Source: Octopus bimaculoides (lineage: Eukaryota). Taken from it: a DNA stretch of 53,478 nucleotides. Positions 1 through 13,011 of this stretch are shown piece after piece; positions within the stretch are counted from its first letter, which is position 1; each line of letters starts with the position of its first letter. The translations under genes were made by a program, and so were the position numbers. The notes beneath the pieces are model-generated. The model was not told the DNA's origin, did not search any database, and saw only the letters and a program-made list of their open reading frames with translations. Where the stretch lies: NCBI RefSeq assembly GCF_001194135.2, contig NC_068984.1:76290417-76343894 (forward strand), given 5' to 3'.

Positions 1-42
1 CCACCACCAAAAAAAAAATGTCAGGCCTTGTGCCTATAGTAG

Positions 43-505
43 AAAGGATTGGCCATTGCACGTGCCGCCTGGCTGGCCTTCGTGGGATTTTCGATCGAGA
101 TCATTGTCAGTGCCCCTGGACTGGCTCTTGTGCGGGTGACACATGAAATGCACCATTTTGAGCGTGACCGTTGCCAGGGCTGCCTGGCTGGCCTTTGTGG
201 ATTTTCGAGTGAGATCGTTGCCAGTGCCCCTGGACTGGCTTTTGTGCGGGTGGCACATAATTGCACCATTTTGAGCGTGGCCGTTGCCAGTACCGCCTGA
301 CTGGCCTTCATGCTGGTAACACGTAAAAGCACCCACTACACTCTCTGAGTGGTTGGTGTTAGGAAGGGCATCCAACTGTAGAAACTCTGCCAAATCAGAT
401 TGGAGCCTGGTGTAGCCATCTGGTTTCACCAGTACTCAGTCAAATCGTCCAACCCATGCTAGCATGGAAAGCGGACATTAAACGAAGATGATGATGATGA
501 TGATT
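43..505 (+). mobile_element. SINE-like retroposon family B with internal tandem VNTR and (GAT)n tail
   Basis: About 2.3 tandem units of roughly 115 bp (gttgccagtgcccctggactggct...caccattttgagcgtggcc), then ...aggaagggcatcca...ccaacccatgctagcatggaaagcggacattaaacg(atg)n. Confidence 0.8.
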
Positions 506-1865
506 ATTATTATTATTGCTGCCATACTGTAAAGTCATGGAAATTTGGAGCTCCGTAAGTTGAAAAAGTGTTTGTAATCTTTTTGGCCTTCTAAGGCCCT
601 GTGTTTTCATTTTTATTGCTATCATTGCAATTCTGAGATTGTCTGGACTGCACAGATAGTATTTTTGAGTTTTAACTACTTTTGTATGTTTGTGTGTGAA
701 TGTGTGTGTGTGTATGAGTGTGAGTGTTTGTGACTCCTTGTTCTGACATCATCTGATGTTTGTAAAATGAGTGTCACTGTCATACAAGCAGTGTCATTCA
801 TTTCTAATATTCAGCGAGAACATGTCTGGCCATGAGGAAATATTATCTTGCTTGGAGACAAGTGAAGGTGACAGGAAGGGCATCCTACTGTAGAAAATCT
901 GCCGTAAAAACTCCTTCCGACCTATGCAAGCATGGAAAAATAGGCGTTGAAATGATAGTGATGATGATCATTATTTTATATCACAGTTTGTGAACAATAA
1001 CATAATTGGTTTCATGTTGCCAATTGTATTTCCAATTGTATTTCCAGTGAGGGTGACATGACAGTGCCTATGTAACTTGAGTGCAATAAAACCTCACAAG
1101 CTATTTTTCTAGAAATACACTGGTTTATTGTTGTTTTCTCTCTGATGTACATCAACAAATATACACATCATCATTATAATCAAGTTTTACATCTGCATTT
1201 CCATGGCTGGCATGGTTTGAATGGTTCCATTTCAATATGTCTTTTCACTTACTTCAGTCCTTCATCATTTCCTTTGTGAAGTCCAGCAGCCTCAGGTTAG
1301 TCTCCTCTGCTGTTACCAGCTTCAGTAAATTTCATCTATCCACCAAATTTCACTTGCAAGACATTGACCACTTTGAATTTTTGGTTGAAGACATTTGCCC
1401 AATGTACTGCATAGTAGGATCAAGCCTGAAAGCACATAGTTGCAAAGCAAGCTTCTGAATGCCACACTGCATTTTGTCCACCAATTTATCATTTCTGCCA
1501 ATCCAGTGCCTAAGCGATTCTGCCAATTCACATTAATGTAGAACAGAATACTGGTGTGGGTGTTAAATCATCCACAATATATTTATAAATAAATGCATTT
1601 ATAATAAAAAGGTAAAATGAAAAAAAAAGATCAGTAAAATATTCTTACTCGTTTCCATATCGGAGTGAAAACACTAAATTGTTCATATTACACACATTTT
1701 ATTAAGAGTTAATATTAAATTTCCATTATTGCAAAAAACAAACAAACAAACAATAAACAAAATTATTAAAAAAAAACAATAAAAACAAGTTAGCAAAGCT
1801 AAACATAAAAATTATCCATCTATAATAGAGTTCTTTCTTATTTCTCTCTGAACATTTTTTGACAG

Positions 1866-1912
1866 ATATTCAAGAAGCAGTGAGATTTGTCATAAACGCT
1901 AAAAACATTTAA
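1866..1912 (+). CDS. Possible terminal coding exon (DIQEAVRFVINAKNI*)
   Basis: Long pyrimidine tract ending gacag, followed by a short protein-like frame to TAA at 1910-1912. No partner exon found; may be a pseudo-exon. Confidence 0.2.
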
Positions 1913-4900
1913 CTTAATAAGTAATGCTAGTATTGTGAATCTCTTCTTTGTGCTGGGGAAACATGAAGCATTTAAATGTGATTTATCATTTGGCCTCTCT
2001 TGAAAAAGTTAAAAAAGAAAACATACAACTACTATTGATAATAATGATTTCTTTTATTTGCTAAACAGCAGTTTCTCACTTTATGTGTGTGGGTGTGCAT
2101 GTGTTCCATTGTGCAAAGAGAGAATTGATTGACATAAGCTTCCACTGATCTGAAAGATAGATTGTTTTATAGAGAGGAGATTTGTTAAAAGTGCTGACAA
2201 ATTCTTTATATGAAATGTCTCATTTAGGGTTGTCAGTTTGAAATAACAAGAAATATGGTCTGCTATTTCCGATATTTGTAAATATTATTTCAATGATGGC
2301 TTTTACTTTGATAGAAGATTGTTCTTTTCACTCAAAGTGTTCAAATATTTTGCCAGAAGTATAATCTCTAAAGATATCTATCTATCTGTCTGTCTGTCTT
2401 TCAACCTGTCTATTAATCCATCTATCTATCTGTCGATCTATCTATCTGTCTGTCTGTCTGTTTGTCAATGCCATGCCATGCCCTTCTGACTTCTCTCTCT
2501 GATTCTTCCTTTCTGTCTTTCTTCATTATTGTTGATCAGGGTAAAATAGCAGTGTGGAAAAATGCTTTTGGATAACCAGCTCTAGTGTTGTGAGTTGAAA
2601 TTCATTGCAGGCATTTCATTGTTTTCTTTTTATGATAGGTCTCTTTATTCTACATATTTCAGTTCCCCTGTCAGGAATAATTAGACTTGACTGTGCACCC
2701 AGTTTAGAGGTTTTGAGATCACATCCACTACAGGTGTTCTGATCTGTATTTAAGTACTACACTTTATTCTTTATTCTACATGATTTCATTTTGGTTAGCT
2801 GTCAACAGTCAGATCATTAGAAAATGTTTCCTGAGATGAATCAGCACTTAACCAGTTGGAGAATTATGTTTGTGATTAAATGTGTACATGCCTGAATTTG
2901 CTTTGCAGTCACATGGCTCCAGATTCATTTCCATTACACAGCACTTTGGCCATGTCCTCTATCATTACCTTGAGCTAACCAATATCTAGTGATTGAATTT
3001 GCTACATAGAAACTGTGTGAAATTCGATTCCAGGAGTGGGGGTGTAATGACAAGGAATGGCTGTATCAGCAGAACATTAAACAAAATACCTTATGGTATT
3101 TAGCTATACCCCTTTACGTTATCAGTTCAAAATTCACCCTGGTCAACATTGCTGTTCATCTCTTCTAAAGAGTACTAGACAAACTACTGGACAGCATGGC
3201 TGCAGTCAAATAAATAAAACCAGCAAATAAGAAAAGGGAGTTATTTATGACATTATATTTTCCTAGGCTATTTACTTCGTTTTTAGAATGTGTATTTGTA
3301 ATACAAACAGTCCTCAAGATTTGTCCATTTGACTTTGTTTAATCCTTGAAGTTTGAAAAGTATGGAGAATAAAAATCTCAAAAGCTGTCTGTACACATAC
3401 ACAAAATGAACTAGTAGAAACAAAAATTGAATGAATGGATTTTGGGGCTTGCTTGTATTTATATCTACATTGTATTTCAATCAAATATACTGGGTTTGTT
3501 TTTAATTGGAATAAACAAATAACATTATCTATCTCCCAGTTTTAATACCACAACATGGTATCTTGGATACCTTTATGGAAGTTCATTCTGTTGTGTGTGA
3601 TCAGGTTAGGTCTCTGGTATCAAGACACCTTCTCTACCTTCCACCAAACTCAAGAGGCCCTGTAAAGAGCTATGGTCACTTATTCTTCTGACTTAAAAAA
3701 GAAAAAAACTCGAAGTACTAAAATTATAAACCATTAAGTTTTTGGCTAAGTTTCTGTGTTTAGACATTGATCCTCCTGTGTAGGTAAACTTAGATCATCC
3801 ACTTATGTTGCTTTATATTCTAAGTTGAAGTCCAGTTATGATCAACTTTGTCTTTCCATCCTTCTAGGATCATTAAAATAAGTGTCAGTGAAGCACTGGG
3901 GTACATTTTATTAACTAGATATTCTCCCCACCACTGCTGCAGGTCTTGTGGCTATGTTAATTTGAATAGCAATGATAATTATTATTATCATTAGCACAGC
4001 AGAGAATGGTGGACTGGCAAAATCATTAGGCCATTAGACAAAATGTCTTGCAGTATCTCTTCTATGGCTGTATGGTTAAAAATTTCATCTAGATGCTGGC
4101 ACTGTGGTTAATGAATTTGCTTTGGAACTGTTTGGTTACGTTTGGTCCCACTCTGTGGACACTATCAACTGGTGTCCTGTGCTGCAGTTGTGGGTCTATC
4201 AATACCTTGTCAATGAAATTGGTAAACAGAAACTGAAGAAATCTGTTATCTGTGCCTGTGAATTCATATTTTCCCTTGTCGTTGTGTGTTCACTAATTGG
4301 AAACAAATGCCTCAGTGTTCATGCAGACAATGTTGTTTGTTCCTGGCTCTCTGTGTTACTAGGCCTGGGCTGTTCTTTGCTCACTAGACTGGAGGATTAT
4401 TACCTTACTTGGAAACAAGTGGAGATTGGCACCAGGAAGGGTATCCAGCCATAAAAAACTCTGATCCAGTATAGTCTTGCCTGACCCATGCAAGTATGGA
4501 AAAGTAGATGTTAAAATAATAATGATGGCCTGGCCTTTTATCCTTCTGGAATCAGCTAAATAAAATACCAGTCAATTTAATTGATTAACTGCTACCCCAA
4601 ATTTTTAGCCATGACCCTATTTTAGAAACTATTAAGGCATTAGGTAACAGAAACAATAAAATATTTGGACTAAAATTCCTGCAGTATTTTATCATGTTTA
4701 TTTATGGTCAGAGTTCAGATATTATTAGTGTCAAAATATCTTTCATCTCCTTGGGGCAACATTAAGTGATAAATATTAATGATACATTGTAAGTTGATCC
4801 AAATGACCAAACTTATCACTTCCAACTTGTGGCCTAATGTCAGTGTCAGATATCATTGTTGTTACTATTGTTATTGTCAGATAAAGGATTTATAGAATCA

Positions 4901-5889
4901 ATAGAGTTTGAGCCAACAAAATGATTTGTGCTGTTTAGTTATAGCATTTTACATTATGTGATCACATCGTGTCAGAATTGACTTTAGTTTTTCTCATCAA
5001 TAGAATAAATACCACTCAAGTACTACAGTCAATATAATCAGTTATGATTCCTCCCCTATGCAGACATCCACACTAACTTGAGGCATTGTGTCTATCTTAC
5101 GTTTGGTTGCAGACATAGTTGTATATTTAAGAAGTTTGCTTTGCGATCACATGCTTCCAGGTTCTATTCTTCAGCACCTTAAAGAAGTATCTTTTTTTAA
5201 AACTTTGGCTTGATCTGAAACTTTAGAATTTGTTGAGATATTTAAAAAAAGAAAGATCCATCATGCATATGTGTGGCATTGCATGCTACTTGTAAACAAA
5301 CAATGACATACAAGTGATGATCTTTGTCTGCAAGTTTCCATGAAAACATGCCTGGACTCAGGGAAAATATTGCCTTGCTTGGCAACAGGTGAGGGTTGAC
5401 AATAGGAATAGTGCTCAGCTGTAGAAAATCTGCCTCAACAAATATCATCTGACACATGCAAGCACAGAAAAATAGGCATTAAAATAGCAACCCTGATAGC
5501 AGGAGCTGCTACTTCAGTTGAAAATAAAGAAATTAAGAAAAGACTACCCAACCATTCTCATTGCCCTTTCTACTTATATCTAACCGCTAAATACAACACA
5601 CTTTTCATTACATTGGTGATAAGCTTAATTAAATTTCTAATTTTTATTTATGTTTGTGCCACATTTTATTATCTGTGTCTAATTCTAAAAACACACAAAA
5701 ACAAAGCAAAAGAAACAGTGTTTAAAGTTAGCCATTTTTCCCCCATGTATATGCATCTTGCTAGCAGTCACTGGTTTATTATGTTTTATATGGCTGTTAT
5801 GGCGAGATAGCTGGATAGGCAGAAGAAAGAGTGGTTAGCAACATTAGATTAATGTGATAATTGAAGAAATAATTAACCCTTAGTGCACA

Positions 5890-6150
5890 CTAATTTTCAC
5901 ATAGTACTTTCCTTAATAACAAGTGATTAGGTTCTTTCCCATTACATGACACATTGGGACAAGATTTGTGTTGGCCCAAGCAAATTTGAGTAGAACTTGG
6001 TTGAGTAAATTTGAGTTGAAGAAAACTGTCAGGCTTCTCTCTGAAATAAAAAAAAAAATCACAGCTCCTTTGAATTTTAAGAGACTATCACACTCACCCA
6101 CTCAAAAGTGGCTTTATTTCATTGTACCAAATTCTTCTCGGAGGTCCTGG
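5890..6150 (-). CDS. Possible last two exons (6150-6098 and 6040-5890) of an unidentified minus-strand gene
   Basis: Acceptor ctctttatgttgctgcag, donor gtgagt, 57 nt intron, acceptor ttttttatttcag. Spliced frame open for 67 codons: PGPPRRIWYNEIKPLLSGEKPDSFLQLKFTQPSSTQICLGQHKSCPNVSCNGKEPNHLLLRKVLCEN*. No family recognised. Confidence 0.3.
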
Positions 6151-8294
6151 CTGCAGCAACATAAAGAGAGAATAACATAAATTATGTACCAGTTTTTAGA
6201 TAGTACAAACAATTACATTGTGTTTATATAGTTATCTGTATGTGTTTGTGTGTGTTTGTGTGTCTATATTTCTCTTTCCATATTCCCCTTTCACTGAACA
6301 CACTTGATCTGAACTTCATGCCCTCATCTACAATAATAGTTTAACCCAGTTAGAGAGTTATTGAGTGCTTCCCTTAGGTATACTGTGTATGTTTTTTTAA
6401 AGTACCAAAGAATGTAGATTTGAACTGAAACCTTCTCCAACCGCATTTTTTTTTTCTTTTTTCTTTTTCTTTATAAATAAATACAATACATACAACAGAA
6501 TGTATAATAAACAAAGAATACAAGACTATATCTGAAAACTTCACTAAAAAAATATGGCCTTTTCATTTTGATTTTGTTACTATTTTGAGCCACTCAATAC
6601 ACAAGCAAATGAGGAAGCCTCACAATTTGTTAGAAATAACAACCAAATCTCCATAAAATAATTCTTTCTTGTCTTAAAAAAGATAAAGAACAGCTTGGAT
6701 GATGTGGTCTTGGAGTTTGTTATGTTTGGATAAAAATAGTATGGTCACAGCTGAAGCATTTTTGTTTATAGATTCACTTACAGAGGTTGATCTGGAGAAT
6801 AAATGACAGCAACAGCTCAGTGTGAGAAGAGCAGCACTGCACCTGTGATCCTTTTTATTATTTGGGGGCCTCCTGTTGAGGGGAAGTTATCTTTGAACAG
6901 AAGCCATGGCTTGAATGTGTGCAACAAAGTGTACTCCTTTGTAAATGCACCGATGGATCAGAGAGCCATGTTAAATCAGGAGATGGCTTAAGTCCACTAT
7001 CCAAAAGTTGGAAGTTTATTACTGAGATTTTTGGATATCATGTTGGCAGACAACAGTGGCAGTGATTACTACAAACACTACCACCAGCACCAGCACAACC
7101 CTTGTGTGCAATCATCATATTTATTTGCCACAGGAGTGGCAAATTGGCAGAGTTATAAGAATACCAGGCCAGAAGCAAAGATTCTTTGCATGCTGGATTC
7201 AAATCCTGCCATGAGCTACTTAGGTGGACGTCTTGGCTTTTCGCTAGGTTTAACACCATTCCCTGGCACCTTGGGTGCATTTAGCAAAGCTTACCCTGTT
7301 GCATGTATTCAGGCCAAATTTCTAGTTCTAGGATACCTTCCTCTTACCAGTTATAATGAATCATAGGCACTGCCTTCTGATTCAAGGATAGAATTCTATC
7401 CTTGGTGAAAGGATAGAAAAAGTTTTTTGAATAGACATGGTCGTGTGAGTTAGAAACTCATTATACAACCATGTGCTTTCAGGTTTTATCCCATTGCATC
7501 GTACCTTGTGGAAATGTTTTCTACTATAGCCTCAGGCTAACCAATTCCTTGTGAATGAATTTGGTTGAAGGAAAAAGTGTGGAAGCCTGTTGTATATGTG
7601 TGTTTTCATGTCTATATTTGTACCCCACGCCAGTGTTGATTTGTTTATGTCTCTGAAGCTTAGCAGTTCAGCAAAAGAGACAATAGAATAAGTGCGAAAC
7701 TTTAAAAAAACTAAATACTGATATTGATTTGTTAGACTAAAAACAAAAACCGTTCAAGATGGTGCCCCAGACTGACCCCAGTCCACTGACGGAAACAAGT
7801 CAAAAAGATATAAATGAATGCAATATACAGCATTGATTATAAAACTAACATTATTATCACTTCTACTATCTATCACAGCCACCGATAATATGTTTATTTG
7901 CCACTGGGGTGACTCACAATATTACTACAAGCAAGTCACTTGACCTGCCAGAAATAGCAGCAAAATGTCTTTCAAACTGCTCTGTACATTTTATAATAAA
8001 AAAAAGATATAATGATAAGGTATATAATTAAATGTTTACACAGATTTCCACATATGTAGTAGATTAATTTTTAGGTGTGAAAATGCTTATTTTACCCGAG
8101 AAATAATTAAAATCTCAAAAAATATAAATACCTATCAGCCACAGAAACCTTTGATATACTGAGGAATCCGTGATATGAATTTACATATATTAGCCAGAAA
8201 AATTGATGTATTGAGTGCAGTATGGTGAGGGATTTCTGTATTAATAATAATCTATATACATACATGCACACATGCATTTATGTGTGTTTTAAAT

Positions 8295-8760
8295 ATTGTG
8301 GGAGCTAGGTCTGGACCATATGCTGGTTCCTGGAGTTTATTCCAGGTCATTTGAGCTGTATGAGGTCTTGCATTGTCTCACTGCAGAAAAGCTCTCTTTC
8401 TCTTAACCAATGCTGGATATTTTCGCCACAGAATGGCATACATCCACTCCAGCTTAACCAATGTTTGCACATGTTACAATTGCAAAAAAATATTTCCTTT
8501 AGATTATTACTTGTTCCAATCCATGACTCACTGCCTGTGAGTCATGGATTAAGATTCTTCACCTGGAAGGACAAGAACTGGTATTAGTATGAGATCAAAG
8601 AACTGGCAGAAAGGTGGCTTCAGATGGTGCAACACGGTGGCCTCTACTTTGAATGCCTGGCTGCTTTTGTTTGTAACTTGAGAAATAAAGCAAATAAGTT
8701 GCCAAAATATTGCAAAACTTTTGACTCTACCACAATTTATTTAAATAAATAGCAATACTA
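8295..8760. mobile_element. Rearranged mariner remnant with internal inversion
   Basis: Minus strand 8300-8470 reads KYPALVKRKRAFLQ*DNARPHTAQMTWNKLQEPAYGPDLAP. Plus strand 8548-8655 reads RFFTWKDKNWY*YEIKELAERWLQMVQHGGLYFE (mariner C-terminus), followed by a TIR-like aaaacttttgactctacc. Confidence 0.8.
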
Positions 8761-8798
8761 TTACTAAATATAACAAAAATTAATATTAATAACAATGT

Positions 8799-8856
<58 letters not shown>

Positions 8857-9044
8857 ATATATGTTTTAAATAACTACCATTGACTCTACCACAATCTATT
8901 TAATTATAGTTACCACTAAAAACAGACATAGCAACAAAATAAATTGTCATTTTTCATAGACTTTTTATTTTCCAAATTAAAGCATAGCTTAAATTTCAGA
9001 CTCCATTAGAAATTAATTGAATAATAATTCATCTCTTTTCACAG

Positions 9045-9137
9045 TTTGAATTATAAAGAAAAGAATAATTTAATTAGTTTTGTTTCATCTTTTGTTAGTT
9101 TGTCTTTTGTAGTTTTTTTTTTAGTTGAACAACAGAA
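9045..9137 (+). CDS. Candidate upstream exon of the NEF1-like gene
   Basis: Acceptor atctcttttcacag, donor AGAA|gtatgt; 93 nt, phase 2 to 2, compatible with 18949. Translation (x)LNYKEKNNLISFVSSFVSLSFVVFFLVEQQ(K). LNYK resembles recalled NEF1 DSLNVK and spacing to the conserved W is within about 2 aa. Weakness: T-rich low complexity with an internal poly-T run. Confidence 0.35.
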
Positions 9138-10593
9138 GTATGTTTCTTATGATGATTTTTTAATATTTTTTCTTTTCTTTTTAACTTTTTCAGATGTGTC
9201 ATGGTGTTTGTTTTTACATTTTTCATGTGTCATATCCTAGCTATTTATTCAATATTTCCATTAATATGGTAAGTTTTACTTTTTTTTACTTGTTATTTTA
9301 ATTTTGCTTAATTAATACATAAACAAATATATATATTTTCCAAAAGGTATGTGTGTGTGTATGTATGCTTGTATAAGTGTTCGTGTATGTATGCTTACGG
9401 TGCATGTGTGCTGTGTGATATATATACTATCTTTATCATTTATCTTTTGCTTGTTTCTGTCATTGGACTGTGGCTATGCTGGAGTACCATCTTCAAGGGG
9501 TTAGACAAACATATTGATCCCAGTACTTTTTGTTTTAAGTTTGGTACTTATTCAAGCAGTTTTGTTTGCCAAACTGCTAAATTATAAGGACAGAAACAAA
9601 CTAACACCAGTTGTCAAGTGGTGGTGGGAGATATGCACACACACTCACACACATTTTTTTATGCTCTTATTTCAGTCATTAGACTGTATCCACACACACA
9701 CATGCACAATGGGCTTTCTGGCTAGCAAATTCATTTGCAAGGCATTTGTTGACTAGGAGTTTTTGTATAAGACATTTGCCCAAAGTGCCACATGGTGGGA
9801 CTGAACTTGATATCTTATAGTCGCAAAGCAAGCTTTTTAACCACAGAGCAATATGTATGTGTACGCAAGCACAGTTGTGTGGTTGAGAGATCCTATTGAG
9901 ATGAGTCTTCAGTACAAATAGAGTTTCTGTTTCACTTACATTTACTTTTCTCTTTTGCAATCTCTGGTCATTATCCAAAGGACATGTATAAACACCAAAA
10001 ATATGAAAGATGTGGCTTCCAATGAGGAATGAGTCAAATTGTGACAATTCAGTCAACCCATGCTAGCACAGAAAGTAGATGTCATTCTTGATCCTACACC
10101 CTGACATTCTTGACTCTGCACTCTGACATTCTTGATTCATGCCTCTATACTCATGACTCAGCACCTTGATATTGTCAACAATCCATGTAAGACCTAGTTC
10201 CGATGTAGCACTCTATTGACAAACATTTTAATGGGCACATGAAATAAGAGGTAGATGCTGTTTCAACTATACTTTGGCAAACTCAAGTGGTTTTGAGCAG
10301 CTGAACTTGATGAGTTAGAATCTACACATACTACAACAGGCTGCAACACATTACTTAGTACCCTTACATGTTTATGAGCTTAATTCTTATCAAATCTGTT
10401 GCCTGTGTGTTTCAATTAATTATAAAAATTTTTAGAATTTGCAAAGGTTTAGTAAAATAACTGATATTGTAATTATCAAGCTGGTGTTTTGTAATGTAAC
10501 TTAACAGAAATATTCTTACATAAATTAATGATGTGTGGTTTTAATTTCACTATGAACATTTTAAAACAGATTTTGTTGTGTCTGGGGAGAGTC

Positions 10594-10719
10594 ATACTGC
10601 CTTAATATCTAACACACTCACCAGTTCAATTTCCACTCGTTTATTTTGGAAAAGAAAAAGTATAAATAATAGATGAGTGTAAATTGAACCGGTGAGTGTG
10701 TTAGATATTAAGGCAGTAT
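10594..10719. repeat. Near-perfect hairpin, about 52 bp arms
   Basis: atactgccttaatatctaacacactcaccagttcaatttccactc pairs with gagtgtaaattgaaccggtgagtgtgttagatattaaggcagtat, with a loop of about 22 nt. Confidence 0.85.
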
Positions 10720-10795
10720 TTTAAAACAAGTTTGCTATTACTAGAATAATATAACAAGAGTCAGTTTCAAGTAAGTTGGTTTATCAAAAAGCTCT

Positions 10796-11236
10796 TTAAC
10801 CCTTTTGATACAAACCCACCTGGACTGCACATAGTCATGTGGTACAAACTTTAGTTTAAAGTTATCTATAGTAAAGCTTTCCATTAAAATTGCATGCTAG
10901 ATTATATTCCAAATACCAGCTTAACCCTTCAGCATTCAGATTATTTTGTGAAATGTAATGCTTATTTATTCACATTTAAAAAATTTAATAATGTATTAGT
11001 TTGTAGTTTCAAGATTTCAAAAATGTGATTGTTTATCTTCTAGAATGACATTACAAGGTAAGTGTGAGAGGCCAGATCTGACCAGTTTGAACATAAAATA
11101 GGCAGAATATTTGGGCTGGATGTGGCTGGTTTAAATGCTACAGTGTTAATAATGACAAAGTTATTTTCATTAATTTTGAAATTAACTGAAATGAAGACAT
11201 TGTATTTCAGCTGAAATATGGTTGCAAAAAGGCTAA
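10796..11236. mobile_element. piggyBac-like MITE containing a second, nested piggyBac-like MITE (10921-11149)
   Basis: Outer element begins TTAAcccttttgatac. The inner element TTAAcccttcagcatt...aatgctacagtgTTAA sits at the outer element's internal cagcTTAAtaatgac site, with TTAA duplicated. Confidence 0.7.
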
Positions 11237-12796
11237 TGACTTGAAACTTCATTTTGTTTTGCTCTGTGTATGTGTATATACAGGTAACCTGTATCCTGGT
11301 TAAAGTGTTGGTAATATACGCATGTAGCCATCTAGTTGATAATAGCTGAAACTATTGTAGTAGTGATGGAAGAAGCAAAGGTAGTGATTTATTCCTCATC
11401 AGAAGTCAAAGAGTTAGAGAGTGTTAATGAAATACAATTTTCTTGGATTAGTCTAGTCAGAGTAACTTTCCTGTGAATTCAATTTATGATAGTTATGAGG
11501 TATATCTTAATTAAGTAGAATAATATTTCCTTTCACTTTGGTATAGGGTGTGGTGGAGTGAGAAAAACGGATGTAAGACTTGGATAGTGATGAAATTATT
11601 TCCTTCATTACAATTAGCATTAGCATTTAATTCTGGCCTTGTTGACATGAGACTGTTGATAATAGGAAAACCTATCATAAATCATACAGGAAGGGTTATT
11701 TTTCTTAGTTTTATCATATCTGAAATGAATATTTTCAATGCATCTGATAATATTAACTGTCTTATGTATGGGTGCTTAATTAAAGTTTAGATAACATGTA
11801 TTTTATGGATTTTTCTTCTTTTTTCAGTTTTGAAATTATTAAAAATAATTTTATTGAGTACTGGGTTAAACTAGTGTGTGTGTGTGTGTGTCTACATATA
11901 TATTCTTTTACTTGTTTCAGTCATTTGACTGCAGCCATGCTGGAGCACTGATATATATATATATATACTTATCATTATAATCTAATGTCCACTATTCCAT
12001 GTATGCATGAGTTAGGCAGAATTTGTTAAGACTGACTTTTTTATGGTTGGATGCCCTTCCTTTCCCAGCAGGATCCTTCTATCTACTACATATTACTAAT
12101 ATTTTATTTAAACAACCGAAGAGAAATAACCCATGCCACCTGCAGACTTTAGCAAAGAGATCAATATTTGATTCTCACGATCAGCCAATCCAATTCTGCA
12201 TTTCACTACTCACAGTTTTGAACTGCTAAACATTATTATTGCACTTCCTTAATTTGAATCTTAAACATTAAAGACTTCATTCATACATTTCTATACATAC
12301 ATACTTTTTTGAATGCCTATTACTCCGATAATTCTGCACTTTTACAGTTACACTTTTTCCATGATGGTAGATAAATTTTTTTATTCCACAACGTATTTGT
12401 AGTGGCTTCATGCAGGCATAGTGTGGATTCCATCCTTGATTGCCAAATTTCAATTAACACTTCAATGGTGCTTTTCTCACGGTAAAACAATAGTTTTTCT
12501 GTGAATGGCAGCAGTTATACATTTCCCAGATGCCTTCGCTAAGCAGAATAAATGTCTTTGCCTCTCACCAACCTCCGACAATCTTTCTTGCCAACCTCCA
12601 AAGACCTCTCTTACCAACCTCCAACAATTTCTCCCTCCTCCAGCTGACAGTTTTTTGTACTTTATCGTGACGGAAAATACACCTTTTGTGGCAGTTATAA
12701 CGAAATTGCTTTCTTATAGCAGAGTAATAAGGCATTTCAATAGAACATCTTTACTCCCTAGGAATTACCAGGTACACCAGCTAGTATATACATAAA

Positions 12797-12855
12797 TATA
12801 TGTGTGTGTGTGTGTAATACACACACACACATGCATACATTCATACATACATATA

Positions 12856-12931
<76 letters not shown>

Positions 12932-12967
12932 CACATATATGCATGCATTCATACATATATATACATG

Positions 12968-13010
<43 letters not shown>
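12797..13010. repeat. Compound microsatellite (TG)n/(TA)n/(CA)n
   Basis: Direct reading. Similar SSRs at 8806-8854, 18097-18160, 23125-23222 (ATT)n, 26527-26579, 40740-40804 (ATCT)n, 44260-44345, 51055-51110 and 52100-52190. Confidence 0.95.

Positions 13011-13011
<1 letters not shown>

Noticed and set aside
43-345. Spaced direct repeats as a CRISPR array
   Set aside because: Units are contiguous degenerate tandem repeats without unique spacers, in a eukaryotic retroposon context with no cas genes.
21-429. 103-131 aa ORFs with internal repeats
   Set aside because: They are translations of the SINE family B VNTR; the same text recurs at 28129-28377 and 43600-43782.
3540-3604. Possible + strand exon VLIPQHGILDTFMEVHSVVCDQ
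   Set aside because: No similarity to the NEF1 N-terminal region and no phase-compatible partner; pseudo-exons of this quality are common in these introns.
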